Positions 10,401-18,868 of a stretch of DNA of 52,792 bases are shown here, piece by piece. Each line of letters begins with the position of its first letter. Within the stretch, counting starts at the first letter, position 1. Made by a program: the position numbers and the translations under genes. Below the pieces are notes generated by a model that made no database searches, was not told where the DNA came from, and worked only from the letters and a program-made list of their open reading frames with translations. Source of the DNA: a virus (Duplodnaviria; Caudoviricetes); IMG/VR virus record IMGVR_UViG_3300031659_000012, positions 1 to 52,792 of that record. One strand, written 5' to 3'.

Positions 10401-11443
10401 AAGAAACAGAATTTACTCTGGGTGCGACAGCATCAGCAGGGCGTCCTGTGTACTCGCAGTCATCGTATGGCAACGTGTTAATGTTGTTTAAGCGGTTTGC
10501 TATTAGTAAATACCACATGATGGCAACTATGACGAACGAAGCGTTCCAAGCAGGGGGCGATGCAGATACCGTAGCAAACCGTAAAATTGCACAGGGGCAG
10601 TTGGCGCGTTTTCTGATATCTACGGGGCTGTTTGCCGGTGTCGCGGGTATGCCGTTGCTGGGGGCGGTAGGGCAAATTTACAATATCTTCGTTGATGATG
10701 ATGAGGACGACTTTGATGCTATGCTCCGCAAGACTGTTGGCGAAGGGTTGTACGGCGGGGCCATAAACGCGGCTCTGGGTGTAGACGTTGCCAGCCGTAT
10801 CGGTATGAACAGCCTGCTGTACCGCCCACCAATTATTGATAAAGACCAATCACTATTCTACACTCTTATAGAACAGTTCGGTGGTCCCGTTGTAGGTATC
10901 GGGCTAAGTGTTGAACGTGGTTTTAAAGACGCCGCAGAAGGTGAGTATGCAAGGGCTGCCAAAGCTATAGCCCCCGCTGCGGTGCGCAACGTGCTAAAGG
11001 GTGGGGAGCAGCTTGCTACAGGTGAGGTACGAACTCGCAGAGGTGACGCCGTTGTTGAAGACATAGGTATCGCTCAGATACTCGCTCAAGCTGGCGGCTT
11101 CGCTAACGCTGATGTCAATAGACAATATGACATAAACAAGAACGAGCGTCGGAAGAATACTTACCTCGGTAAAAAACGTACATCTCTGCTACGCCAAGCA
11201 AACATCGCCGCCGCAAACGGGGATCGGAAAGCCTACAGAGATGCGCTTAGGGACATAAGAAAGTACAACAGCGGGTTGCCTCGTGATGCACGATCTAAAA
11301 ACCTTATTCTTCCAAAGACAATCGAACGGTCTCGTAAGGCATTTGATACACGAACAAGTAAGATGGTAGGTGGTATTGAGTACACACCTCTGATGCGCAG
11401 CAGCTTGGAAGAGTATGACCAAGGAATACAACTCTTTGACTAA
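4427..11443 (+). CDS. Giant polyvalent/ejection protein with zincin metallopeptidase (MPTase-like) and PLxRFG domains
   Basis: 2338 aa. Gly/Ala-rich hydrophobic N-terminus; AGYFDPETNTI...LLHEMLHA...LDEFVAEA zincin motif; FAPLTRFG matches the PLxRFG signature; hydrophobic helices near the C-terminus. Confidence 0.8.
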   Translation: MGIYTLDLDDGSQIEVEAPRDTPLRELLTIAAQQRVEASKPALVERQGERQAKIDKRLATEVVGGRDANTAIGRGIGRGIDSLQQNLGSATEGIGSVLGLEGLEKFGSEIALNNEAELQRAERFSTRLSDVDGVGSGLSAAGELVGESAPQMAQVAAGAAAGAAYGGGAGAAFFGIGAAPGAAIGAVVGGALAAIPLFFGGNRERQISAAEGDRTGVNEGAAFLTAVPQALMDSIFTMLGAKYVLGPLAKAAPAGQGLFTRAAKGAGVGAATEIPTEIGQAVLERAQAGLSITSAEALREYGEAGLAAGLLGGGLGGLGGAARRAGVPEAEPEALLQLPAPSAAELGSPVTQTEPLQITDQPPQLQITGPDDLGIQLDAGTGQATTRDQRIETGEQGLAGLVAENEKTKATAKRTTELVEQAKAELQNDGSITPATFRALKDSPINQVKAELENTQYQPLLSLIEGSPVDKRPLGTKPEEFTPPQGVQNKERLAKAVADAKSGVGAVAGKQDTEIKADLAREQTQDTSAKLRRSAADQLDADTDSLIAELDRTGSDTRTQAQTDLQKASALETVEGQRDTGRAKQSEATRTKILQDTVANAGDLKQPAALQRAFESALTAAGIGKATATPAEVASIEKASAIIVAKAPDRVTADMAPAPLPAVVDPRQTAMEAEVAPKPVEPIQQSLPTLGRKRDFGTAPAQETTAETTVEPKIVDAALFDKLGVPPSAPIRKRVMGKDFNDTEVRQQFATLAGNKNTSATVKTKINRELQATSEAQLDLPFAKTRATAKEKKPDVKTAEIKPKTSRDRVPTPKSNVGSKSAAAVPIATTTAKSPKKPTAPRTSGVGSPVVESGSTAGATRTKSDTLERSLSRDAAPGKQTAKTPAQPIPAELKEAKAKRVAAEKATTPRESLKFADQKSDAATKARAETVKTKEADAKQEAIFAAQDAVIQRQGNADSDLTAPQAPITASDKNKILKLAESKRTSAPRSRLANAVQKYFNQYPTFTAALDAIIYDVSMQIPTRKKDAIEYKDNADLSQFYTADKDNNLPSMGRDSARKITDWLTSKEANMSVELQKYVTTELQKGSQARVSQANYLAGDRVVKARSKLTPEELADLEVISNEDFNLPAEFAIDTPLRPSVKAAILEGDLTGALNALRFTAGSKDIALLAKRLMENIGNTKLITKKNLKTDDGSTRLAGYFDPETNTIALDEKAGINAHTLLHEMLHAVTSATIANKSHPLTKKLNRIFEGVKEQLAGEYGVTNLDEFVAEAFANPDFQTQLKTTTVNGGNPFLRLVRDIANYVRTFFGRPTVSETSTFDAVDKLVQEIIAPTYDGRAATKIYMEAQTPKGAAGVINNIGTAPNAVKVTTKKAMYDYIQEGRNWMGSKVPLPAKKVWLNLQPVNILTALSESRIPRASELNTIINNMSAALRGRNESLDPIVNDLRAFRKKSPKLYTILQSMVPNASKERIDPREANFEKAYGRKEGEEGYDLVRAREVHKKLRAQYESLAVKNADGTVDATGQKLYKIITNNFEKSLNDVMGAIETNLAATIGDVTARKRARDKLAELLNRERGRIKPFAPLTRFGPHRLEYNALDPETNQPEMFVEYFKTRGQLEKAKVKVLEYNKNSLAKLPANDPRRAYIVDKAGNPVGMHDGKASEVRDFSGAPKTSFVYEVLQILNANGADKATVDRVVNLAIDSMPERSFMQSFQKRKDVRGFLGDVTPTGMAAEAYDLIDMVQTKGRDYNRQLVQMEFGAQLEIFQRDVLGLDAKRTDPTTMLYRDRLDLIVNFAKSPNIPRWSQSLTAAGYAWTMGWNLSSAAITTFDVFMSTAPRLMGRYGDRATFRAMGAATSILAKSPKTKMVAVMDENGNMTKRKVNTGMAGFSIGNYDFSDPDLDPRIKDLEILAEVATENAQINQSLNQEELDMNNAKDVLEKINSFTSFLFHHSERYNREVAMTANYMLEVDRMKAKKGSALTDLEKREAAAVAVKETEFTLGATASAGRPVYSQSSYGNVLMLFKRFAISKYHMMATMTNEAFQAGGDADTVANRKIAQGQLARFLISTGLFAGVAGMPLLGAVGQIYNIFVDDDEDDFDAMLRKTVGEGLYGGAINAALGVDVASRIGMNSLLYRPPIIDKDQSLFYTLIEQFGGPVVGIGLSVERGFKDAAEGEYARAAKAIAPAAVRNVLKGGEQLATGEVRTRRGDAVVEDIGIAQILAQAGGFANADVNRQYDINKNERRKNTYLGKKRTSLLRQANIAAANGDRKAYRDALRDIRKYNSGLPRDARSKNLILPKTIERSRKAFDTRTSKMVGGIEYTPLMRSSLEEYDQGIQLFD

Positions 11444-11468
11444 AAAACCCCCGCTGGTAAGGCGGGGG
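11442..11468 (-). terminator. Rho-independent terminator at the convergence of the two arms
   Basis: CCCCCGC/GCGGGGG stem with an A6 run on +, i.e. a U-tract on the minus strand. Confidence 0.7.
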
Positions 11469-11517
11469 CGTAGTAAGGAGAACGACAAGTGTGTCCAAAC
11501 TTGTCAAGGGTAGGCTA

Positions 11518-11745
11518 TCATACAGTTCTCCATATGCGAACCCCAAACATTTCGTTCTCTATTCTGACCCGCATTTCTACTTGCCATGATTTTAACTCTG
11601 CGACTTTTTCCAGTTGCTGCTTGGCTTTTTCGGTGTCAATGCAAGGAACAAATACCGATGCGCCGACAACCATCTTATCCCACTGAACTATAATCTTAAC
11701 AGTGTCAGGGTTTATATCGTCAGTCTTCAGTGGGTTTTGGTACAA
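11518..11745 (-). CDS. Small hypothetical protein downstream of primase
   Basis: 75 aa, overlaps the primase end. Ends in GVRIWR, as seen in small phage DNA-binding-like proteins. Confidence 0.65.
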   Translation of the reverse strand: MYQNPLKTDDINPDTVKIIVQWDKMVVGASVFVPCIDTEKAKQQLEKVAELKSWQVEMRVRIENEMFGVRIWRTV

Positions 11746-14524
11746 CGTCTGCCCCCTCTAGTTTCACAGATATCGTCCATGAAGCAGGTAGGTTAAAGTT
11801 AGTGCCCTTACTGATACGCTTCTTAACTTTCTTAGCGCCCATCTGTTTCGTCATCTCCTCGATTGTGCTGGTGTAGTCTATCTTCTGCTCACCAAGCCAC
11901 TTCTGGAAATGCTTCTGCACGATGAACAGCATTTGTGTGTCTGTCTCGAACCGTGCCACAAACATGTTACGTGGGTTCTGTTCGGGTATAACCATAGTAG
12001 CTATACCATCCTGCCCTGCGGAAGTCTGCGTACTCTTTATCTTCAGTATGTTTGTCCAGTTCTCAGTCATAAAATCAGTGACGAGTGTCTGAACGGAAGC
12101 GGTGCTGTCGTCTACAAATGATTTCACCGTAACCAACATTTTTGCGACCCATTGGTACAACTTCTTCAAGTCGTAATCTATTATGCCTACTTCTTTAGCT
12201 ATATAAGCCCCAGTAAGTATAACCGCACAACCACCAGACCAGAAACGGTTGACGTTATTCAACCCAGCTTTCTTATCCAGCTTCGCCTTAATGTCTTTGT
12301 ACAGCGCGGCTATTTTTTCTTTATTGTTTATAACATATTGCACGTATATAGGCGCGAAGTGGCCGTAGTTAAGCTGCACGTCCGTAAGCTGTGCATCTGC
12401 TTCCTGCTGGTTAACTTCAACACGAGGCATCTCGTCTACTCTAAGCTCTAGTAAACGCTGCATTTCTGCTCTAGTGTCGCCTTTAAACATAGCCATTTGC
12501 GCGTACATGCTCACGTTACCCGTAGAGAAAGCCAGTAATCTCCAAGGTTTACCCCTAACACGTTCGTGGTTGCCTCCACCCGCCATCCTGTTTTTCTGCT
12601 TACCTTCGGACAGTTGGTATGCGTACTGAGATGCTTCCTTACCAACGAGGTTTGTCATCTCGTCTGTGTTTAACATCAGGTTGTGCATAAGCTCCGCAGC
12701 GTTCATTTTTGAGTTGAGTGTATCTCCAGTAGTACCCGTTAGCCCAAATGGGTCACCCCATATAGACGACCCTGCGTACATAGCAGTTGTTTTTCCGCCA
12801 CCTGTTTTACCGAACAGATGTACGCCTAGACTGTACAGACCTGTAAAGGGCATGAGTATAGTACCGAAACCACCACATACAGTAAATTGATGTAGTTCCA
12901 TACCATCACGGTTGTACCAATCCAGTATCTCTCTACTACGTTCTTGCGTACCTTTAGGTTTAAACTTCTCTATGTACCCCGAAGTTTTTGCGGAGGGTGG
13001 GTTATACTCGACACCTTTGGCAGTAATTAGTTGGTCACCCAACACAAACTCATCCATCTTAGTATCGTCAACCCAGCCAAACTGTTGGTGCGCTTCACTA
13101 GCTGTGGTGGTCTGCTGTAGTTCTTTTATCCATGCCGCTGTATAGGTCATTAGTTTATCTATATCCTTCCCAAAAGTGACTACGCCGTGCATAGACATAT
13201 TTTTACGGAACTCTTCCCTTGAGGTAACTGCAGCTAGTGGCACCACAAAATCTCGTACCCCATCTCTTGGCAAGTGAAGTGCAAACGCTATGACTTCCCC
13301 TAACTCCACATCATGTAACCTACGAGTGACGTAAAAATCGTGGTGGTACACGCAAACTTCTTCTGGGTCACCATCTGCGTTCTCGCCACGTATATACACC
13401 CCGCCGTTCTGACCTCGGAAATATGGGTTAGGGAATGTCGGTATTTGGTATATCTGTGGAGTATCCTTAGTCATGTCTGTTACGGTGTTATCCTCTGGTG
13501 CCGCTGCCCGTATCTCTTTCGTGAGCATAGCAGGTGTGGATATCTTGCCCTTGTTAGGGCAGACGGCACATATCTCAGGGTTGTGTAACTCAAACGTTGA
13601 ACAGAAATGTGGACCGCCTGTGTCTGCCATCTTATGCAGTGTAGCTTCTAGGCTGTAGTCCTCGTGTTCACTTGACATAAGCGCTGCCGCTTTGTCCCCG
13701 TCTTTACATACATTTGCAATAGACAACCCTGACCGCCATAGATCATGGGGTACTGTTTTCTGGTTCTGGATAATGTGACTTATCTGCCCACACCCATTAC
13801 CTTTGTTTGTTTTAAGCAGTAACCGCTTGAAACTACCTTTTTGGTTTTCGTTCATCGCGTCTTGGAACGCACTAGTGGTGCTGGCCGTGTACTTGGTTGG
13901 TACTGGTATCGGATCACCACCAAGTAACGCAGAAAACTTTTCAAACCCCACAGTGGTAGGAGCTTCTATACCGTAAAACGTAACAGGTAGTGGGGGGTCA
14001 TACTTGTAGTTGTAAGTAGAAGGTACACGTAAGATACGCGCCGCATCAGAAGTAACCGAAGGGTCAGCCTTAAAACCGCTGGCTGTGCATAAGTTCTTCA
14101 GGCGTTCAGCTACTGGCCACCAATCATCTCGCGCAACAGCCTCGGTTAAAATCCAGTACACATGTATGCCCCGTCCTGAGTTAACAAGTGTAGGGGTAGG
14201 TAGACTGTGCTGCTTGCAGAAACCTTGCAACTCCGCGATGGCAGTTTCTTTGTCTGCAAATTCTTTGGTAGGTCCACAATCTAGGTCTAAGAAGAACGAC
14301 TTCATCCGCATGACGTTATCCGCTACACGGGAGCCAGCCTTCTCATAAGTTCCTAGTGCGTAGAACGCGTTCCAACCATGATCGCTAAGGTCATGCGCCG
14401 CGCTTATAACTTCTTCTACAGAAGTATAGAACTTTTGTTGTATTTGTTTAGCAGGGTTATTAGCCCACACACAGTAGTAGCCCTCAGAGCCTAATACTAA
14501 ATCTAAAAATCTTTTCGTTTCCAT
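11720..14524 (-). CDS. Primase-helicase fusion (RepB/AEP-type primase, Cys-rich domain, DUF927-type helicase)
   Basis: FFLDLD and NSGRGIHVYW and D..RILRVP primase motifs; C..F...C..CP cluster; Walker A GKTGGGKT. Alternative GTG start at 14533. Confidence 0.88.
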   Translation of the reverse strand: METKRFLDLVLGSEGYYCVWANNPAKQIQQKFYTSVEEVISAAHDLSDHGWNAFYALGTYEKAGSRVADNVMRMKSFFLDLDCGPTKEFADKETAIAELQGFCKQHSLPTPTLVNSGRGIHVYWILTEAVARDDWWPVAERLKNLCTASGFKADPSVTSDAARILRVPSTYNYKYDPPLPVTFYGIEAPTTVGFEKFSALLGGDPIPVPTKYTASTTSAFQDAMNENQKGSFKRLLLKTNKGNGCGQISHIIQNQKTVPHDLWRSGLSIANVCKDGDKAAALMSSEHEDYSLEATLHKMADTGGPHFCSTFELHNPEICAVCPNKGKISTPAMLTKEIRAAAPEDNTVTDMTKDTPQIYQIPTFPNPYFRGQNGGVYIRGENADGDPEEVCVYHHDFYVTRRLHDVELGEVIAFALHLPRDGVRDFVVPLAAVTSREEFRKNMSMHGVVTFGKDIDKLMTYTAAWIKELQQTTTASEAHQQFGWVDDTKMDEFVLGDQLITAKGVEYNPPSAKTSGYIEKFKPKGTQERSREILDWYNRDGMELHQFTVCGGFGTILMPFTGLYSLGVHLFGKTGGGKTTAMYAGSSIWGDPFGLTGTTGDTLNSKMNAAELMHNLMLNTDEMTNLVGKEASQYAYQLSEGKQKNRMAGGGNHERVRGKPWRLLAFSTGNVSMYAQMAMFKGDTRAEMQRLLELRVDEMPRVEVNQQEADAQLTDVQLNYGHFAPIYVQYVINNKEKIAALYKDIKAKLDKKAGLNNVNRFWSGGCAVILTGAYIAKEVGIIDYDLKKLYQWVAKMLVTVKSFVDDSTASVQTLVTDFMTENWTNILKIKSTQTSAGQDGIATMVIPEQNPRNMFVARFETDTQMLFIVQKHFQKWLGEQKIDYTSTIEEMTKQMGAKKVKKRISKGTNFNLPASWTISVKLEGADVVPKPTED

Positions 14525-14551
14525 AGCCACCACTCGCCATTGTAAGGTTAA

Positions 14552-14575
14552 CCACGGCTAAGTTAATAGCCGTGG
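14552..14575. other. Intergenic hairpin between SSB and primase
   Basis: CCACGGCTA-agttaa-TAGCCGTGG, perfect 9-bp stem with no clear U-tract. Confidence 0.55.
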
Positions 14576-14586
14576 CATGGGATCGT

Positions 14587-15303
14587 TTAGTCGTCCCAAT
14601 TATCAATGATCGCCCCAAGGTCTCCCGCGTCAGAATCTGGAGCCGGTGCTGCTTTTGTAGCAGTTCTTTTTACCGGAGCTTCTTCCTCGTCAAACCCTTC
14701 GTGCAAGCTATCGTCTAGTACGTTATTGCTTTTGGCAGGTGTTGGTGCGCCCCCTGCAAACGGATTGTCGTCCTCAAGTACGAAGCCCCCGTCTACTGCG
14801 TCAAACGGATTACGTGTTTCCATCGGAACGTACTTGATAACCTGTACAGCCTTCAACCGTAGGGATACGCCCCAGTTGTTTTCTGACATGTAGTAGGGAG
14901 TAAAGGTTACTGCTACGCTGACTGTGCTACCCGTAGTTAGCTGGAAGTCATCTGGCAACGGAGTGCCCTGAGAATCTACCTGTAACGGCTTAGTAGTGAG
15001 CTTACCGCTATAAGCACCTTTTATGTTTGACTTACCGGTGTATGTTCCGTTGTCGTCTTTGACAAGCGAGTTAGTCAGCACTTCAGGCCAAGACTTCTCT
15101 CTGTTAGCGCTCCACACGTTGCTCATCGTTATGAACAATGCTTTTGCCGTTCCGTTGTCCATACGAAAACCTATGGAAAATTCAGCGTTAGTGTCTCGTG
15201 GACCGCAAGGCATACTACGTCTTACCTTCTGATCGAAGACGTACGTCTGGTCAATCCGAGGCCATAACGCCTCTACGTTTTCAATGATATATTGTTCAGC
15301 CAT
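14587..15303 (-). CDS. ssb: Single-stranded DNA-binding protein (T7 gp2.5-like OB fold)
   Basis: GVSLRLKAVQVIKY motif, acidic C-terminal tail ending WDD, position in the replication module. Confidence 0.75.
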   Translation of the reverse strand: MAEQYIIENVEALWPRIDQTYVFDQKVRRSMPCGPRDTNAEFSIGFRMDNGTAKALFITMSNVWSANREKSWPEVLTNSLVKDDNGTYTGKSNIKGAYSGKLTTKPLQVDSQGTPLPDDFQLTTGSTVSVAVTFTPYYMSENNWGVSLRLKAVQVIKYVPMETRNPFDAVDGGFVLEDDNPFAGGAPTPAKSNNVLDDSLHEGFDEEEAPVKRTATKAAPAPDSDAGDLGAIIDNWDD

Positions 15304-15322
15304 GTTGTTCTCCTTCTGGCGT

Positions 15323-15565
15323 TTATGCGTCTTCGTCTACACCGAAATCGAACTGTAACTGTTCTTCAATCGGAGCCTCGTTTACGTCCTGCGCACCTTT
15401 TGTTAGGGCTTCAGTCACTGAGGTTTTGTTGAACCGGTAGGTGTTACCGATCTTAATATACGTGGTTTTAGGGATATGACCCTGCCGTACCCACGCCCTA
15501 ATAGTAGAGATGGATACTGCAAAATGCTTCGCCAACTCCTCTATCTGTATAAATGGTTCTGCCAT
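15323..15565 (-). CDS. Excisionase/MerR-like HTH DNA-binding protein
   Basis: IEELAKHFAVSISTIRAWVRQGHIP...IKIGNTYRF is an HTH_17-type pattern. Confidence 0.8.
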   Translation of the reverse strand: MAEPFIQIEELAKHFAVSISTIRAWVRQGHIPKTTYIKIGNTYRFNKTSVTEALTKGAQDVNEAPIEEQLQFDFGVDEDA

Positions 15566-15966
15566 TATTTCTTCCTAACTGAGATTACGTACTCGTTATC
15601 AATGTTAAGCCCCTTCGGCATAACATCTGGATTCTCTTCTAAGAATTGTTTTACGTTGGTCTGGTTCAAACGCCGATCCAGAAATTCGGGCATGTCATGT
15701 TCTTTTATGAACGAGTACATAGATTCCCAATCCCCTGTCCAGTATTTCGTTTTCGTAGACCTAAAAAATAAACCCTCAGATGTTCGTACGCTTTCAACAT
15801 TATGCGAGTCACAATAATCTAGTAACGCTTTCTTCAAGATATCTTGTTGGCGAACCAACGATCCATCTCGTTCCTTAAATTCCGCAGACAACAACGCTCT
15901 CTCTGACCGTATTTTGATATACGCCTTAGTGAGTTTGTCCGCAGGAATGTCGCTATTATCACTCAT
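15565..15966 (-). CDS. Conserved phage hypothetical protein (N-terminal coiled coil)
   Basis: 133 aa, AGGAG RBS, translationally coupled to the downstream gene. Confidence 0.75.
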   Translation of the reverse strand: MSDNSDIPADKLTKAYIKIRSERALLSAEFKERDGSLVRQQDILKKALLDYCDSHNVESVRTSEGLFFRSTKTKYWTGDWESMYSFIKEHDMPEFLDRRLNQTNVKQFLEENPDVMPKGLNIDNEYVISVRKK

Positions 15967-15995
15967 TTTAACTCTCCTGCACTAACGAGACTTAC

Positions 15996-16024
15996 ACTGT
16001 AGTACCGAGCAATAGGCTAGTCAA
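15996..16024 (-). promoter_or_regulatory. Sigma70-like promoter for the SSB/primase operon
   Basis: Minus strand TTGACT-17 bp-TACAGT just upstream of 15966. Confidence 0.55.
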
Positions 16025-17552
16025 GTATTTCCTTGTATAAATCTATCATTTTTGTGTGGACGTTAATTCTCTTGTCGAGAAGTGCGTAAACACGCTTTTC
16101 TACAGCAGACCCTTGAAGCTGTACCACAGTACACGGATGCGTCTGACCTGACCGATGAACCCGCGCGTTTGCTTGCGCGTAGGTCTCTAAAGATGGTGTC
16201 GGACCCCACCAGACAACTGTATTGGCAGCGGTTAACGTAACACCGTGTGCCGCAGACTGCGGCTGGATAACCAGAACGCGCGGGTTATCAGTTGTTTGGA
16301 ACCGTTTGAATATGTCCGTGCGCCTAGCTACAGGCACGTCACCACGTATAACTTCTGTGGTAATCCCGTCAGTACGCAACTTATCTGTCAGTATGTCAAT
16401 GGTGTGTTTAAAAGGTACAAAGATAAGAACCTTCTGGCTGCTCTCGTCGATCACTTCTCTTAACACTTTATACCGATGTTTGATGTCGAACTCTAAGGTG
16501 TCGCCCTCGTCGGTGTACACGGCACCCGCAGAAATCTGTAGTAGCTTGTTCATAATGACAGCGGCGTTCACTGCGGATACTTCGTCGTCACCCACTGTCA
16601 TAACAAGTTTCTTCTTCAGCATGTCGTAGTACTTCTGCTGCTGGCGCGTCAACTCTACCTTACGTTTGACATATGTCATAGCTGGCAGGTCAAGGCACTG
16701 TTCTTTGGTGAAACGGATGGCAGGTTGTAACACGTTAAACACAAGGTCAGTTGCTTCTGGTTTGATGATCCACCTAAACTGCGTAACTTTGCGCATGACC
16801 ATATCTCTAAACGATCCAAAGAACCTTGGCACGTTGAGGGGGTTAATCATCTTAGCTAACCCGTAAGCGTCAAGCGGAGACTGCGCGGCGGGAGTACCCG
16901 TCATTAGCCACAGCCACGTATCGTCCTTAATAAGTTTGTTTAGTGTCTTCCACCGTTTTGATTGTGCGTTCTTGTAGTGCGTTGCCTCGTCCACAATGAT
17001 GAGGTCAAACCCACCGTTGGCAATCTCCTCGGATACAATCTCCACACCGTCATAGTTTATTATCACAAAGTCTGCACCTTGCTCTATGATTGCTTTGCGT
17101 TTCTTGGATGCGCCGTAGGCTATATCTACACTGCGATGCGGGGCAAAGGTAAAAAAGTCTTCGCGCCATGCTGAGTCCATAATTGACAGAGGGCATATGA
17201 CCAGAACGCGTTTGATCTTGCCTTGATTAAGTAGGAAGTCTGCGGCCCATATTGCGCTGGCTGTCTTGCCTGTACCCTGTTCGTTGAAGCAGAAAGACCT
17301 GCGGTTCATTGTAAAAAACGCTGCGGTCTTCTTCTGGTGGTCGAACGGTTCATACTTGCCCGTCCACTTGTACTGCCCTTGTATAGGAGATGGGACATTG
17401 ATGTTCAGCTTCTTTAACGTGTGCATCTCGTCGAGACCCCAGTTTACCAGAACCTCGTTGTCTCGCACTATCGTACTCTTTGGCACTGTTTCAGTGACAC
17501 GTTTTGGATTGCGTAGCTTCAATAGCAACGCCTTACTGTCGATTATTCGCAT
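16017..17552 (-). CDS. SNF2-family (SF2) helicase
   Basis: EQGTGKT Walker A, IVDEAT Walker B, MTGTP motif III, QANARVHRSGQ motif VI. Confidence 0.92.
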   Translation of the reverse strand: MRIIDSKALLLKLRNPKRVTETVPKSTIVRDNEVLVNWGLDEMHTLKKLNINVPSPIQGQYKWTGKYEPFDHQKKTAAFFTMNRRSFCFNEQGTGKTASAIWAADFLLNQGKIKRVLVICPLSIMDSAWREDFFTFAPHRSVDIAYGASKKRKAIIEQGADFVIINYDGVEIVSEEIANGGFDLIIVDEATHYKNAQSKRWKTLNKLIKDDTWLWLMTGTPAAQSPLDAYGLAKMINPLNVPRFFGSFRDMVMRKVTQFRWIIKPEATDLVFNVLQPAIRFTKEQCLDLPAMTYVKRKVELTRQQQKYYDMLKKKLVMTVGDDEVSAVNAAVIMNKLLQISAGAVYTDEGDTLEFDIKHRYKVLREVIDESSQKVLIFVPFKHTIDILTDKLRTDGITTEVIRGDVPVARRTDIFKRFQTTDNPRVLVIQPQSAAHGVTLTAANTVVWWGPTPSLETYAQANARVHRSGQTHPCTVVQLQGSAVEKRVYALLDKRINVHTKMIDLYKEILD

Positions 17553-17563
17553 ACCGTTCTCCT

Positions 17564-17581
17564 TTCGGGCACCTGCCCGAA
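17564..17581. repeat. 18-bp palindrome copy 1 (TTCGGGCA-CC-TGCCCGAA)
   Basis: Immediately upstream of the helicase RBS. Confidence 0.9.
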
Positions 17582-17836
17582 TTATTTTTTCTTTTTGTAG
17601 TTACGAGCGCGGTTCTTGCTTGAACTTTCTATGGTCACGCCATCTTTGTTAGTACCACCTTTGGACAAGGCTTTCTTGTGACTAACATCTTTGCCTTCAC
17701 GCTTGTCGGCCTTACCATTGCCATTGCGATCTGCACCTTCTTTATCAACCTTGCGGCGGGCACGCTGACGTTCCATACGTGCCTCAAACGTCTTACTACC
17801 TACAGGGGCGTTGACTTGCTTCTTACGTTTTCTCAT
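17582..17836 (-). CDS. Small basic HNH-like endonuclease
   Basis: DVSHKKALSKGGTN...KNRARN HNH-like pattern. The start at 17836 is coupled to the upstream stop. Confidence 0.6.
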   Translation of the reverse strand: MRKRKKQVNAPVGSKTFEARMERQRARRKVDKEGADRNGNGKADKREGKDVSHKKALSKGGTNKDGVTIESSSKNRARNYKKKK

Positions 17837-18504
17837 CAGTTTGCTCCATTGTGAACACATTCAATTACAGGGCAGTGGCGTCTGCATAACCCGTTAGGTC
17901 GTGCGTTCCACATGTCATCGTCTGCGGCAGCTTTCATTTGCGCGTACTTGCCCAACCATTTTTCCCACAGCTTGCCCTTATCATACTCCATGTATGTGTC
18001 TTTTACCAAGTCATTACATACAACGAATAGTAGCCCTGCACGTACAGTTTTGATCTGGGGGTACTTGGCAAACAACCCCAAGGCCATCAACTCTAACTGA
18101 CCCTTGTCTGCGTACTTGGCAGATTTACCTGTCTTGTAGTCCACCACCCACGCAAGATCATCGTCGAGTATTACTAGGTCAGCGATACCACGGAACCAAA
18201 CGTCCTTGGCATAGAAGTCACAGACTTCTAGGTTCTCTGTTACACCCAGCTTTATCTCGCATAGCTTTTTGCCCTTGCGGTTCTTCAGTGATACCAGTGC
18301 CTCTTCCGCAAAGCTAAACTTCTTAGGCACAGGTACGTCTGCACCTACAAAGTCTTCTGCCATCTTGTGGAACGCAGAGCCATACAAGATAGCCTCAGTC
18401 TGTTTAAACGGAAACTCTTTGAGTATCTTCTCATGGTAGAACTGCTTAGGACATTGCTCAAATGCTTTGATCCTGCTGAAAGACCACGGCGATACTTTAG
18501 TCAT
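17836..18504 (-). CDS. PD-(D/E)XK exonuclease (RecB/Cas4-like)
   Basis: WSFS..F.QCP, G..FH, GIADL, VVDYKTG, QL, C-terminal C..CP..C Fe-S motif. Confidence 0.88.
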   Translation of the reverse strand: MTKVSPWSFSRIKAFEQCPKQFYHEKILKEFPFKQTEAILYGSAFHKMAEDFVGADVPVPKKFSFAEEALVSLKNRKGKKLCEIKLGVTENLEVCDFYAKDVWFRGIADLVILDDDLAWVVDYKTGKSAKYADKGQLELMALGLFAKYPQIKTVRAGLLFVVCNDLVKDTYMEYDKGKLWEKWLGKYAQMKAAADDDMWNARPNGLCRRHCPVIECVHNGAN

Positions 18505-18868
18505 CAACAGAACTTTCTGAGTTAAACACATCACGCGTAAGGCGTTTCATACGTTTTGTTCTAAAGAACCCTACGTACTGTTGGTGCCGTACCATGTATA
18601 ACCGCGCAAACAATGCAATGAAGTTATTAGAAATTTTATACTCGTTGCCTCTAGTTACTACGCTAGTCTCCCAACGCACTCTGTTGGTTATCAACCAACC
18701 GCTTAAATTCTTATGTCCTCGGCTTATTGCATCTGCGGTAAACCGTTCAAACAGGGTAAAAAAGTCGGGGTTCTTTTTGTGCCAGCGCAACCAATCACGC
18801 CCTAAAGCGCTCTCGCGCATAACTTCGTAAAACTCTGCTTCAGTACAGGTGATTTCTATCGTACTCAT
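18497..18868 (-). CDS. Hypothetical protein
   Basis: 123 aa, overlaps both neighbours in an operon-like way. Confidence 0.7.
   Translation of the reverse strand: MSTIEITCTEAEFYEVMRESALGRDWLRWHKKNPDFFTLFERFTADAISRGHKNLSGWLITNRVRWETSVVTRGNEYKISNNFIALFARLYMVRHQQYVGFFRTKRMKRLTRDVFNSESSVDD

Noticed and set aside
4427-11443. N4-like virion RNA polymerase using the palindromes as hairpin promoters
   Set aside because: No recognisable T7-like or multisubunit RNAP catalytic motifs, and the early arm has good host sigma70 promoters.
15323-15565. Evidence of lysogeny from an excisionase-like gene
   Set aside because: No integrase, att site or CI-like repressor was recognised, and such HTH genes are common in lytic replication modules.
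17836-18504. cas4 as part of a CRISPR system
   Set aside because: Stand-alone Cas4/RecB-like nucleases are routine in phage replication modules; no cas1 or cas2 is present.
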